64,000 nt of DNA from a virus, in IMG/VR virus record IMGVR_UViG_3300045988_159857, positions 32,001-96,000 of that record; one strand, 5' to 3'. The notes under the pieces are model-generated. The model made no database searches. It had not been told where the DNA came from and was given only the letters and a program-made list of their open reading frames with translations. A program made the translations under genes and the position numbers. Positions within the stretch are counted from its first letter, which is position 1, and every line of letters starts with the position of its first letter. Shown here piece by piece: positions 8,616 through 16,405 of this stretch.

Positions 8616-8650
8616 AAATAAAAGACATACATAACAAAATGTATGTCTTA
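8613..8650 (-). terminator. rho-independent terminator
   Basis: 9-bp stem 8622-8630/8641-8649. The U-tract TTATTTTT runs straight into the TTAGTTGA promoter box. Confidence 0.7.
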
Positions 8651-8655
8651 ATTAT

Positions 8656-9087
8656 TTAATTACCGGAACTACCAAAACCTTTAGAACCTCTTTCAGTATT
8701 TTGTAATTCATAAACCACTTTCAAATTATCAATATTAGCAACAGGAATAATTACTAACTGTGTTATCTTATCCCCACATTCAAATTCCTTTATGTTTTTT
8801 GAATTGTTGTAAAGTTTTACAACTATACTTCCTGTATATCCTGAGTCAATTACCCCTTCACTTGTAATACCTTGTTTAACATTCAATCCAGATTTAGACT
8901 TAAGAAATCCTACATACCCCTCCGGTATTTGTACATGTACTCCCGTATCTATTGTTAGTGACTTATTACCGGGAAGAATGTATTTTTGTGCACCGGTTTT
9001 CGGTATTCGTAAATCAAAACCTGCATCTCTTTTGTAAGCTCTTTCAGGTAAATAAGCTCCTTTGTCAAGTTTTACATTTAATTCCAT
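8656..9087 (-). CDS. dut: dUTP diphosphatase (trimeric dUTPase)
   Basis: AGFDLR, GVIDSGYTGSI and C-terminal RGSKGFGSSG motifs. Confidence 0.9.
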   Translation of the reverse strand: MELNVKLDKGAYLPERAYKRDAGFDLRIPKTGAQKYILPGNKSLTIDTGVHVQIPEGYVGFLKSKSGLNVKQGITSEGVIDSGYTGSIVVKLYNNSKNIKEFECGDKITQLVIIPVANIDNLKVVYELQNTERGSKGFGSSGN

Positions 9088-9192
9088 TTACATACCTTCT
9101 TTAGATTCATTTTTAAATTCTTCAATTATGTTGGTAAGTTTTTCTATTTCAAGTTTATTATAAAGTTCGTTAACTTGTTTAATATTTTTCAT
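9088..9192 (-). CDS. small hypothetical protein (34 aa)
   Basis: ATG at 9190-9192. The stop abuts the dut start (TAAATG). RBS is weak. Confidence 0.3.
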   Translation of the reverse strand: MKNIKQVNELYNKLEIEKLTNIIEEFKNESKEGM

Positions 9193-9203
9193 AATATTAA
9201 CCT

Positions 9204-9236
9204 ATAAAAAATAGTGTAGTAAAAACTTACTACACA
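9204..9236 (-). terminator. rho-independent terminator overlapping the start site of promoter 9238..9271
   Basis: 9-bp stem GTGTAGTAA/TTACTACAC (9214-9222/9227-9235), then TATTTTTTAT on the minus strand. Confidence 0.6.
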
Positions 9237-9237
9237 T

Positions 9238-9271
9238 ATTATAATATCAAATATTATTAACTTTCAACTAA
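9238..9271 (-). promoter_or_regulatory. SigA-type promoter (TTAGTTGA family)
   Basis: TTAG+TTGAAA (9262-9267), 18-nt spacer, TATAAT (9238-9243). Confidence 0.6.
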
Positions 9272-9296
9272 CTTTTTATTTTAATGATAACATTTG

Positions 9297-9509
9297 TTAT
9301 ATATTATCATTACATTGTTTACGGTAGGCCATTTCAGCTTCAATAGCGTGAATCTTTACTTTTTCATTCTTGATATAATGACGAAGTGATATTTGAATTA
9401 AGAATGACCTTGTTGTTTGCAATGTCCTTTCCCAATCTTCAATTTGTTCAAGAAGTTCTTTTTTCTCTCTTTCCAAAGCTTGGTTAGAATACTTTTCATA
9501 GTTTTTCAT
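9297..9509 (-). CDS. hypothetical coiled-coil protein
   Basis: 70-aa ORF immediately downstream of the tRNA array. Confidence 0.5.
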   Translation of the reverse strand: MKNYEKYSNQALEREKKELLEQIEDWERTLQTTRSFLIQISLRHYIKNEKVKIHAIEAEMAYRKQCNDNI

Positions 9510-9538
9510 AACTTTTCACTTCCTTTTTGTTTTATTTA

Positions 9539-9633
9539 TGGCGTCAGCGATTGGACTTGAACCAACACACCGTTAAAAACGACTACTCAAGGATTAGCAA
9601 TCCTCTACCTTACCAAATTAGGTTTACGCTGAC
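9539..9633 (-). tRNA. tRNA-Ser (anticodon GCU), type II
   Basis: Hand-folded cloverleaf. Acceptor GTCAGCG/CGCTGAC; anticodon loop TTGCTAA; long variable arm; T-arm GTTGG-TTCAAGT-CCAAT; CCA encoded. Confidence 0.8.
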
Positions 9634-9759
9634 AAATGGGAAAGTTTTTAATTATTAGAATAATAATTATTATAATAATAATCAAGGAATTACCAGAACT
9701 TTCAAACCTTCAGGAGTATATACTCTTTATCGTTTGTATTACTCTAAAAAACTAATCGG

Positions 9760-9815
9760 GTATTCTGTACGAAGTACTTTTTAACTAGTATGAATAAAGT
9801 ATTCGTACAGAATAC
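9760..9815. repeat. 20-bp inverted repeat (long hairpin) inside a tRNA-array spacer
   Basis: GTATTCTGTACGAAGTACTTT (9760-9780) pairs with AAAGTATTCGTACAGAATAC (9796-9815), with one bulged G and a 15-nt loop. Confidence 0.85.
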
Positions 9816-10032
9816 TTAGAAAAACTAAGATAAAGTTTATTAAACCCTAACTTTTTTGATAAAATAAGTGATATTAAGTCTTAGAACTTGTTATTCCGCA
9901 GAATCAATCATTCAACTTAACTTGTCTTTTGTAGTCACTTAACTACTCAGGTTCTTTGTCAGCTACCTCGACCCCATCACTTAGACATCGTCCTTTCATA
10001 CTTTGCCATTCTTAAGATAGTGAATTAGGACT

Positions 10033-10108
10033 TGGCTCCTCAAGTTGGACTTGAACCAACGACTTCTTGGTTAACAGCCAAGCGTTCTACCAACTGAACT
10101 ATTGAGGA
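10033..10108 (-). tRNA. tRNA-Asn (anticodon GUU)
   Basis: Acceptor TCCTCAA/TTGAGGA; D-arm GTTC-AGTTGGTA-GAAC; anticodon loop CTGTTAA; T-arm GTTGG-TTCAAGT-CCAAC; CCA encoded. Confidence 0.9.
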
Positions 10109-10116
10109 ATATTTAA

Positions 10117-10193
10117 TGGTGACGACAAGGAGATTTGAACTCACTATTATATGCGTGAAAGGCATATGTCCTTACCTATTAGACGATGTCGCC
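10117..10193 (-). tRNA. tRNA-Glu (anticodon UUC)
   Basis: Acceptor GGCGACA/TGTCGTC; anticodon arm TATGC-CTTTCAC-GCATA; T-loop TTCAAAT with one T-stem mismatch; CCA encoded. Confidence 0.75.
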
Positions 10194-10362
10194 ATATGAT
10201 GTAATTAAGTGGCTTTCACGCTGACCCAGAGGGCGGATCGCTTGGTTTCCACATTCCAGATAGCTTGTACTTGACTGAGATAGCTATCAGTAATTCTCGG
10301 CTCTTTTATCTCTGGATTATAGAGCAATAAGCGTAGTAAGGTACCGTACTCCAGAGGCTTGA

Positions 10363-10434
10363 AGCTGGTGAAAGGACTTGAACCTTCAACTTATTGCGTA
10401 CAAAACAATTACTCTACCATTGAGTCACACCAGC
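10363..10434 (-). tRNA. tRNA-Thr (anticodon UGU)
   Basis: Acceptor GCTGGTG/CACCAGC; anticodon arm ATTGT-TTTGTAC-GCAAT; T-arm GAAGG-TTCAAGT-CCTTT; CCA not encoded. Confidence 0.8.
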
Positions 10435-10772
10435 ATATACAAGGTCGTTAAGTTTCTCGAATAGCGGACGTCCCTTTAACGACCTCTCCGTTCTCTCTAC
10501 ACATGGTAGAGGAACAATTACTTGTTGTCTGGATTTTGACTATTTTGGTTTGGACAAGTAACTCAAACCTCGGGTTTACCTATAACGTCGTTCCCTTATA
10601 AACCACGGAATGTTTTCGATTACATACAACGCTATCTTTTGCCATCCAAGCAGGGCGAGTACTTCCCTTGCTATCTCTAATCCGCTTCAACTATCCTAAA
10701 ACAGCCCGCCCAATTAGTTTTGGCTCTGCGATAACTTGATAGCTTTTAGTTTGTTCACCAACTGAACTTCGG

Positions 10773-10859
10773 TGGTACAGGTAGTGGGACTTGCACCCAC
10801 ACGGAGTTTCCTCCACAGGTTTTTAAGACCTGTATGTCTGCTTATTTCATCATACCTGC
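10773..10859 (-). tRNA. tRNA-Leu (anticodon UAA), type II
   Basis: Acceptor GCAGGTA/TACCTGT; anticodon arm CAGGT-CTTAAAA-ACCTG; variable arm GGAG..CTCC; T-arm GTGGG-TGCAAGT-CCCAC; CCA encoded. Confidence 0.8.
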
Positions 10860-11094
10860 TTATAAATTTTATGTTCGATTACCTTCTAACGAACATTAGT
10901 ATTAAATATTAGTGGTATTTAATACTTTTCTCACTCACGGCTAACCCACTAAGTTATTTGTAGGAGGAAGATTTCGCATAATTAAACTTGTTACAGATCG
11001 ACATCTGAATTTAGGGCTCGAACCTAATAACAGAGGCTTAACCATTTTAGGAGCTACCTTGGACAAATTTTACGCTATATATCCATCAAGCGGC

Positions 11095-11181
11095 TGGTAC
11101 CGATGACCGGACTTGAACCGGTACGAGGTTTCCCTCACAGGTTTTTAAGACCTGAGTGTCTGCCTATTCCACCACAACGGC
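11095..11181 (-). tRNA. tRNA-Leu (anticodon UAA), second diverged copy
   Basis: Same anticodon arm, CAGGT-CTTAAAA-ACCTG. T-arm ACCGG-TTCAAGT-CCGGT. Acceptor GCCGTTG/CATCGGT carries one T:T mismatch. CCA encoded. Confidence 0.7.
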
Positions 11182-11226
11182 ATATAATCTACACTCTTTA
11201 TTTAATGTGTCGAGTGCACAAACACA

Positions 11227-11303
11227 TGGTCGAGATGACAGGACTTGAACCTGTGACTTCTGCACCCCAGATGCAGCGCCCTACCCAACTGGGCTACATC
11301 TCG
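11227..11303 (-). tRNA. tRNA-Pro (anticodon UGG)
   Basis: Acceptor CGAGATG/CATCTCG; anticodon arm CTGCA-TCTGGGG-TGCAG, with C instead of U at position 33; T-arm ACAGG-TTCAAGT-CCTGT; CCA encoded. Confidence 0.75.
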
Positions 11304-11454
11304 ATAATGTTGAGCCAAAGGGCTTTCACCTTTGGGAACAATGGTTGGATTTGCACTGCAGTTGCTTACCAACAGTCTTTCCAGGCGACTAACCATTAAC
11401 TTCAGTTACATTGTTTTTTCATATTAACATATTTTAAGAAATTTTCTTTTCGGT

Positions 11455-11528
11455 CGAAGCTTTGAAAACTCGAATTTCAACCTTTCCCCTGACATAACGG
11501 GGACGTGCTATCCACTACACTAAACTTC
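11455..11528 (-). tRNA. aberrant tRNA-like gene (9-nt anticodon loop, identity undetermined)
   Basis: Acceptor GAAGTTT/AAGCTTC; D-arm GTGT-AGTGGATA-GCAC; T-arm TGAAA-TTCGAGT-TTTCA. The anticodon stem TCCCC/GGGGA encloses GTTATGTCA. Only 1 nt separates the acceptor and D stems. No CCA. Confidence 0.5.
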
Positions 11529-11746
11529 TAATTTCTGCTATTATCAATTAAATTATTGTACAGATATAACTATAGTATAAGCTGTTCATCTAACTCCATT
11601 TAACTACTGCTGCTGCGTCCTAATACTAGTACCCGTAAATGGGTGATACAACAATTCACTCTATCTAGATATTAGGCTTCGTAGCACTTATACCATATTT
11701 TAATTTTTGACCTTGATAGTTATAAGTATAATTTATTTTTAATAAT

Positions 11747-12205
11747 TTAACCTTTTGATACGTCTACTCTATAATGAGATTCAATGTAGTCTAACTTATT
11801 CTTAAGCTCTCTAATCTCATCAAGTTTGTTTTCATAGAGAGTAAATACGTCAGGTTCGTCGTCATTTGAATTTTCTAATTCTGACTCCTCGTCATTTGCG
11901 TGCTTAAGTAACTCTCTAATGATATCCTCCAATCTATATGCTTCAGATTCTGCGGTTTTAAGCTTCGTTTGAATTACTTCATATGTATCATTATCAAACT
12001 TACGGATTTTGTTAGTCATTTTAGAAAGTCTGATAGCATACTCAAGAGCATTTCTTAATGTAAGTAGCTCGGTGTAGTCCTTACCTTTAACATCATAACA
12101 TGCAACGGAACACTCTTCATATTTGTAAAGGACGGCATCACACTCTTCTAGAAGTCTGTAAGCTTCAAGGTACGTAGGATTAAAGTTTTTTAAATCAATG
12201 TTCAT
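11747..12205 (-). CDS. hypothetical coiled-coil, acidic protein
   Basis: 152-aa ORF behind tandem promoters. Confidence 0.6.
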   Translation of the reverse strand: MNIDLKNFNPTYLEAYRLLEECDAVLYKYEECSVACYDVKGKDYTELLTLRNALEYAIRLSKMTNKIRKFDNDTYEVIQTKLKTAESEAYRLEDIIRELLKHANDEESELENSNDDEPDVFTLYENKLDEIRELKNKLDYIESHYRVDVSKG

Positions 12206-12226
12206 TATTACATTCTCCTTTATACA

Positions 12227-12259
12227 ATTATATATTAAATGTTACAATTTTTCAACTAA
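12227..12259 (-). promoter_or_regulatory. SigA-type promoter (TTAGTTGA family)
   Basis: TTAG+TTGAAA (12250-12255), 17-nt spacer, TATAAT (12227-12232). Confidence 0.7.
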
Positions 12260-12334
12260 AATTATTTAATTTTTACTAATTATTTTAGTTTTTTATTCAT
12301 TAAAGTTACTACATGTAATTTAATTTATATCCAT

Positions 12335-12367
12335 ATTATATGATATAAATAATTTTATATCAACTAA
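12335..12367 (-). promoter_or_regulatory. SigA-type promoter (TTAGTTGA family), tandem with 12227..12259
   Basis: TTAG+TTGATA (12358-12363), 17-nt spacer, TATAAT (12335-12340). Confidence 0.65.
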
Positions 12368-12388
12368 ATTATTTATAATAATATACAA

Positions 12389-12733
12389 TTAAGAACTAAT
12401 TTTAATAATTTTATCACCTTTATGAGTTGCGTATTTATTATTGAAAGTAGCGAGAAGTTGTTCCCAAGAAAGAACCATGGCATAGTTTTGGAAGATTCTA
12501 CCATCTTCCATTCCATTACAATGTCCTACATAACTAACTATTGCAGATTCTTTGCTTCGAGATTTTGTGGTATAATGACGACCGTCTAAACGCGTGATTA
12601 CATAAAACGTTTCTGGTCCGTTACCGTTATAATTGTCGAAAATTATGTGATTAGGGTGAAGTACCGACAGAATTTTGTCTTTCACTTCAAGTACATTACC
12701 CTCATTTTCATCAAGATATAAAGTTACTTTCAT
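12389..12733 (-). CDS. hypothetical protein
   Basis: 114-aa ORF. Confidence 0.6.
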   Translation of the reverse strand: MKVTLYLDENEGNVLEVKDKILSVLHPNHIIFDNYNGNGPETFYVITRLDGRHYTTKSRSKESAIVSYVGHCNGMEDGRIFQNYAMVLSWEQLLATFNNKYATHKGDKIIKISS

Positions 12734-12878
12734 TTAGTATTTTATTCCTTTCTCCTAAGTAATTAAAATCTACTCACTCTAACAATATCACATCAGTCAT
12801 GTTAAACATTATATAGCAACCGCAAATCAATTTGACAGTATTAAATAAACGTCATCAAGAAATCTTCTCTGCTTGGAA

Positions 12879-13370
12879 TCATTTTGTTTTCTCCTTTGAT
12901 TTGTGTTTTTCTTCAACCATTTTTGCATATGTAAAACAGTGTGATAAGAATTTATCAAATACGAAAAGGTTGTTTGCCGAAAAGCACGAAAAATATATCG
13001 CATCCTCGTCGTTATACAACTCGCCTTGATACCTTTTCCATATCTCTTCATAAGCAAAACTCTTTCGCAAATATGTTAATTGTTCACTTGCATCTATAGG
13101 GTCTGGATATTCTTTGTCAAAATTAAAAGGACTATAATTTTCGTTATAGATTTTCTTAATCTCACCAACATCTTTTGTTATCCATTTTCCGAATATTTCT
13201 TCAAATTCTTTTACTCCGTGCCAATGTGAAGCCTCATAATCTTGGTCGCCAGAATTTTGAAATTCAATTGACGCATCAAATAAGTCCTTTACAGCATTTG
13301 GTACTCCGAAGACTCCAAGAAGATGATATTCATTATCATAAAAATATCTGAAGGTAAATAGATTACACAC
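12879..13370 (-). CDS. hypothetical protein (C-terminal part of a gene split by a frameshift in an A8 tract)
   Basis: The track ORF starts at GTG, but its frame is open upstream to 13523, right at the homopolymer. Confidence 0.55.
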   Translation of the reverse strand: MCNLFTFRYFYDNEYHLLGVFGVPNAVKDLFDASIEFQNSGDQDYEASHWHGVKEFEEIFGKWITKDVGEIKKIYNENYSPFNFDKEYPDPIDASEQLTYLRKSFAYEEIWKRYQGELYNDEDAIYFSCFSANNLFVFDKFLSHCFTYAKMVEEKHKSKEKTK

Positions 13371-13503
13371 CCAATTATTTGAGGCATTAAAAACATCAGT
13401 TTCTTCTTTTATGACTAAATCCGAATAATTCTCTGATAAATCAAAAAGATGTTTCTTTACGAAAGGACAATAAATGTAATTGTCCTTTGCAATTTCTGAA
13501 AAA

Positions 13504-13596
13504 TCAAAATACAGGCGTTTTTTTTAAGTTGCGAAGGAAAGGAATTATGTCCTTCTCTTCCATTTTCTTAAAATTGATTTCACACCAATAACTCAT
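13504..13596 (-). CDS. N-terminal fragment (30 aa) of the frameshift-split gene
   Basis: ATG at 13594-13596 lies 8 nt after GAGGAG. Sequence MSYWCEINFKKMEEKDIIPFLRNLKKTPVF*. The A8 run is at 13518-13525. Confidence 0.45.
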   Translation of the reverse strand: MSYWCEINFKKMEEKDIIPFLRNLKKTPVF

Positions 13597-13672
13597 TTTA
13601 TTTTCTCCTCATATCAAAATTACTGTGATGTTAATCTTACCTTAACACTCCTATTACAATTTTCTTATCTAT

Positions 13673-13705
13673 AGTATAAGATATACTAAAGTATTATTCA
13701 ACTAA
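13673..13705 (-). promoter_or_regulatory. SigA-type promoter (TTAGTTGA family)
   Basis: TTAG+TTGAAT (13696-13701), 17-nt spacer, TATACT (13673-13678). Confidence 0.6.
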
Positions 13706-13795
13706 ATATCCTTTAAAAGTTAAAATTCCCGAATTTTAATGTTTTGGAATTAGTTTAATTAACATACTTACGGAGGATATTATAAGTATTTATGA

Positions 13796-13975
13796 TTAGA
13801 GATTAACATAGTTACTTACTAATACATTTGGATTACGCCCTTTACCTAGTTTTTTCCATTCACTATCATAAATGAAGTAAGTACTTCGGTCATCTTTTTT
13901 TGAAGTTATGTAAAATTTATCACCTGTAGAATTTTTAACACTTATCCAAATTATTTCATTCCCATGTTTTTTCAT
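13796..13975 (-). CDS. small hypothetical protein (59 aa)
   Basis: ATG at 13973-13975. Sequence MKKHGNEIIWISVKNSTGDKFYITSKKDD..; just under the track cutoff. Confidence 0.45.
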   Translation of the reverse strand: MKKHGNEIIWISVKNSTGDKFYITSKKDDRSTYFIYDSEWKKLGKGRNPNVLVSNYVNL

Positions 13976-13994
13976 GAATATTTACCTTATCTAC

Positions 13995-14153
13995 TTAATC
14001 ATTTAGTGTTTTATTGTTTATATAGGTAATAATAATATGATTATCAGCAGTGTTAAATACGTTTACTATTTTAATTTTGTTTATATCTTGTTTTACTACC
14101 CAGTCTTTATAATACTCTACAGTAGTAAATAGTTTAACATTATAAGTATTCAT
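13995..14153 (-). CDS. small hypothetical protein (52 aa)
   Basis: ATG at 14151-14153. Sequence MNTYNVKLFTTVEYYKDWVVKQDINK.. Confidence 0.4.
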   Translation of the reverse strand: MNTYNVKLFTTVEYYKDWVVKQDINKIKIVNVFNTADNHIIITYINNKTLND

Positions 14154-14157
14154 AAAC

Positions 14158-14349
14158 TTAGTTTACCTTTTCAGCCCCGGCTATAATTACTCGGTATTCG
14201 GCTATCGATATTTCCCCTGGTTTAAAATGGGCCTTTTTAGCTACTCTCCTTGCATTACCCTTTTTGTAATAATACTTCCTACCTTTTGTGTTTAATACTA
14301 AAGGTTGTAGCGTATTACTATCTACAATAGCGTATATCCTATCAAGCAT
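14158..14349 (-). CDS. hypothetical protein
   Basis: 63-aa ORF. Confidence 0.5.
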   Translation of the reverse strand: MLDRIYAIVDSNTLQPLVLNTKGRKYYYKKGNARRVAKKAHFKPGEISIAEYRVIIAGAEKVN

Positions 14350-14350
14350 T

Positions 14351-14647
14351 TTATATTTCAGTCCTTTCTACAAGTTCAAATTCCGGAATTTCAGCGTGTC
14401 TACCGAAAATGTCGACTTTATCTTTTAAATAGTTTGTAGACTTTTCAATCAATTCATGACATCTCTTCTCTGTCGTTAAATAAGGAACTGCCGAAATTTC
14501 CCAATCATCACAATCGTTATAACCTTTCAAATAAAGTTGTCTTCCGTAAAGGTTTGTTCCAGCTAATATTATATATTTTTTATTGTCAAAAGTTTCTGTA
14601 CTTTCCCACAAACTTTTCTTTTTTATCTTACTTTTACTCATTGTCAA
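14351..14647 (-). CDS. hypothetical protein
   Basis: 98-aa ORF. Confidence 0.55.
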   Translation of the reverse strand: MTMSKSKIKKKSLWESTETFDNKKYIILAGTNLYGRQLYLKGYNDCDDWEISAVPYLTTEKRCHELIEKSTNYLKDKVDIFGRHAEIPEFELVERTEI

Positions 14648-14903
14648 TAACTTCTTTATTTGTACAAGGAATGACAGTGTTTAACCAATCATACTCATAC
14701 TTAACAGCACTATCGAAGTCATCAAAGTTAAATAACTGTCCTGAAGATGTTACATAAAAAGGTTGAGAATTGTTAACTATAACAACTTTTACATTTGCGT
14801 TAGCCATCTTCTCAGGTGTCATTTGTAACATTATTCTTCTGTAGTTTGTCATTTCACGATTGTCTCTACTTTCTGTTATCAAATCATTTTTATTAGAACT
14901 CAT
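14634..14903 (-). CDS. hypothetical protein
   Basis: 89-aa ORF. Confidence 0.55.
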   Translation of the reverse strand: MSSNKNDLITESRDNREMTNYRRIMLQMTPEKMANANVKVVIVNNSQPFYVTSSGQLFNFDDFDSAVKYEYDWLNTVIPCTNKEVIDNE

Positions 14904-14915
14904 CTTTAATTCTCC

Positions 14916-15080
14916 TTAATAGTTATTTTCATACCATTCAATTTTATCCTTAAGTTCGTCCACTTGCATTAAGGTAGCTTGTAAATATTCTACAATGTCC
15001 ATTCCTTTGAAATCTCCACGAGCCTTAACAAATTGTTCGTAGTCGGATAAAAACTTTTCAACGTCACTTTTCAAAATCAT
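14916..15080 (-). CDS. small hypothetical protein (54 aa)
   Basis: ATG at 15078-15080 overlaps the ligase stop (ATGA). Sequence MILKSDVEKFLSDYEQFVKARGDF.. Confidence 0.45.
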   Translation of the reverse strand: MILKSDVEKFLSDYEQFVKARGDFKGMDIVEYLQATLMQVDELKDKIEWYENNY

Positions 15081-16405
15081 TCTAAACTTACCTCCTTCCC
15101 AATTTCTCTAACACTTAAGAATGTAGGAAATTGTAGACTTTCAGTTCCGTCCTTATTCTTTGTAACTTCTTTATATTTAACTTCAATAACTCTACCAATG
15201 ATTTCTTCAGGATGTTCCCAATAGTATATCCTTTGTTCGTCAGAAAGCCCTGAACCTACGCCAACTTCGTTACCTTTAAAATCAACTATAAATTTACCAA
15301 CTCTATTTTCGTTACGTCCTGTTCCGGCTTCTACTTTAATAACTTTCAAATCGTATTTGTAGAATTTCTTAACTTTTATAAGATTCTTTGTTCGTCTACA
15401 TTCATAAGGGGTATCAAGATTTACCATAACACCTTCCCAATCATGTTCTTCTGCATATTCGAGTGCTTTGTTAATTTCGTTATGGTTAGTACCTTGGTAT
15501 AAAAATTCAACGACATCAATATTGTTTAACTTATAGTCATCTATAATTTTATTAAACATTTTTAATATAGGAAGTCTCATCTTATAGGTTAGTAATGATT
15601 TTCCGTTCTCAAATTCAGTTGTTTTAAGTAAATCAAATAGAACTAATTTAAGTTCTGATTTGTTTTCCTTTTTAGAATTTGCAATACCTGTACCTTTTTG
15701 AAACCTTTCACTATCAGTAAGTATTCCGTCATCTTTTAAAAGTAACTCCCCATCAAATACATAGTCTTTATAATTAGTAGGAGACATCATCGTTTGAATA
15801 TCTTTTATAATATGTTCACAACCTGTGAATTCTTTACCTTGACGGCTGTATAGATGTCCTTTATAGTAAAAACATCGTGTACCATTTAATTTGTGACTAA
15901 TGCTTATCCAAGCATTTTCCGGTATTTTACAATTCTCTATACTTGTGCCAAGCATTACATCTAATGTTTTAATAAAATCTTTACCGTATATTTTATTACA
16001 AGTTGTAACACTAACTCCAAGTCTTAATGATTTAGTTACTATATCCTGTAAGAATTTCTCTAGTACGGCTTCATAACATAAACCTTCGCCCTCAATAAGC
16101 TTTTCAATATAGTGATTTACATAAGCGATATCTATATCTCTACCTGTAGTATTCTCTTCAAAGTATTTAAGAAAATTTTCTATCCGATAGTCATAAGACT
16201 TTTCAGTGTGAACAGTATAACTAACATCTTTCTTAATCTTACTTGTGTTTATTCCTGTTACTATCATTGGGTCAACAATGAATTTTAACACAGTCTTAAA
16301 TATTTGAACATGTTCTTTTGATTTAAGAAAAGCTTCTTTTTCAAGTCTCGATGATGTTTCTTGTAAGGTTTTGAAATCTAAATATAAATTATACAATTCA
16401 CTCAT
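15077..16405 (-). CDS. ATP-dependent DNA ligase
   Basis: Nucleotidyltransferase motifs: I SHKLNGTR (N in place of the usual D of KxDG), III YVFDGELL, IIIa LVLFDLL, IV EGVMVN, V LIKVKKF, plus a C-terminal OB-like region. Confidence 0.8.
   Translation of the reverse strand: MSELYNLYLDFKTLQETSSRLEKEAFLKSKEHVQIFKTVLKFIVDPMIVTGINTSKIKKDVSYTVHTEKSYDYRIENFLKYFEENTTGRDIDIAYVNHYIEKLIEGEGLCYEAVLEKFLQDIVTKSLRLGVSVTTCNKIYGKDFIKTLDVMLGTSIENCKIPENAWISISHKLNGTRCFYYKGHLYSRQGKEFTGCEHIIKDIQTMMSPTNYKDYVFDGELLLKDDGILTDSERFQKGTGIANSKKENKSELKLVLFDLLKTTEFENGKSLLTYKMRLPILKMFNKIIDDYKLNNIDVVEFLYQGTNHNEINKALEYAEEHDWEGVMVNLDTPYECRRTKNLIKVKKFYKYDLKVIKVEAGTGRNENRVGKFIVDFKGNEVGVGSGLSDEQRIYYWEHPEEIIGRVIEVKYKEVTKNKDGTESLQFPTFLSVREIGKEVSLE

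Noticed and set aside
9634-10032. Possible group I intron. The sequence GTTCTAAGACTTAAT resembles the conserved R element, and GATTCTGCGGAAT resembles P/Q elements.
   Set aside because: - I could not find complementary P4 or P7 partner strands.
- The flanking tRNA-Asn and tRNA-Ser are complete, so there is no interrupted exon.
11103-11399. ORFs 11103..11399 (+) and 11202..11396 (-) inside the tRNA array.
   Set aside because: - They overlap well-folding tRNA-Leu and tRNA-Pro genes.
- They owe their length to the locally higher GC content.
- No RBS is present.
12808-12840. Promoter upstream of 12389..12733 (TATAAT at 12808-12813 with a TGTCAA-like -35).
   Set aside because: - The -35 match is poor.
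- The TTAGTTGA box is absent.
- This cannot be distinguished from background AT-rich sequence.
12827-13057. Nested or overlapping minus-strand ORFs 12827..13057, 23400..23591, 26921..27184, 45110..45301, 46109..46300 and 55937..56119.
   Set aside because: Each is an alternative frame inside a longer gene that has recognisable motifs or better context.
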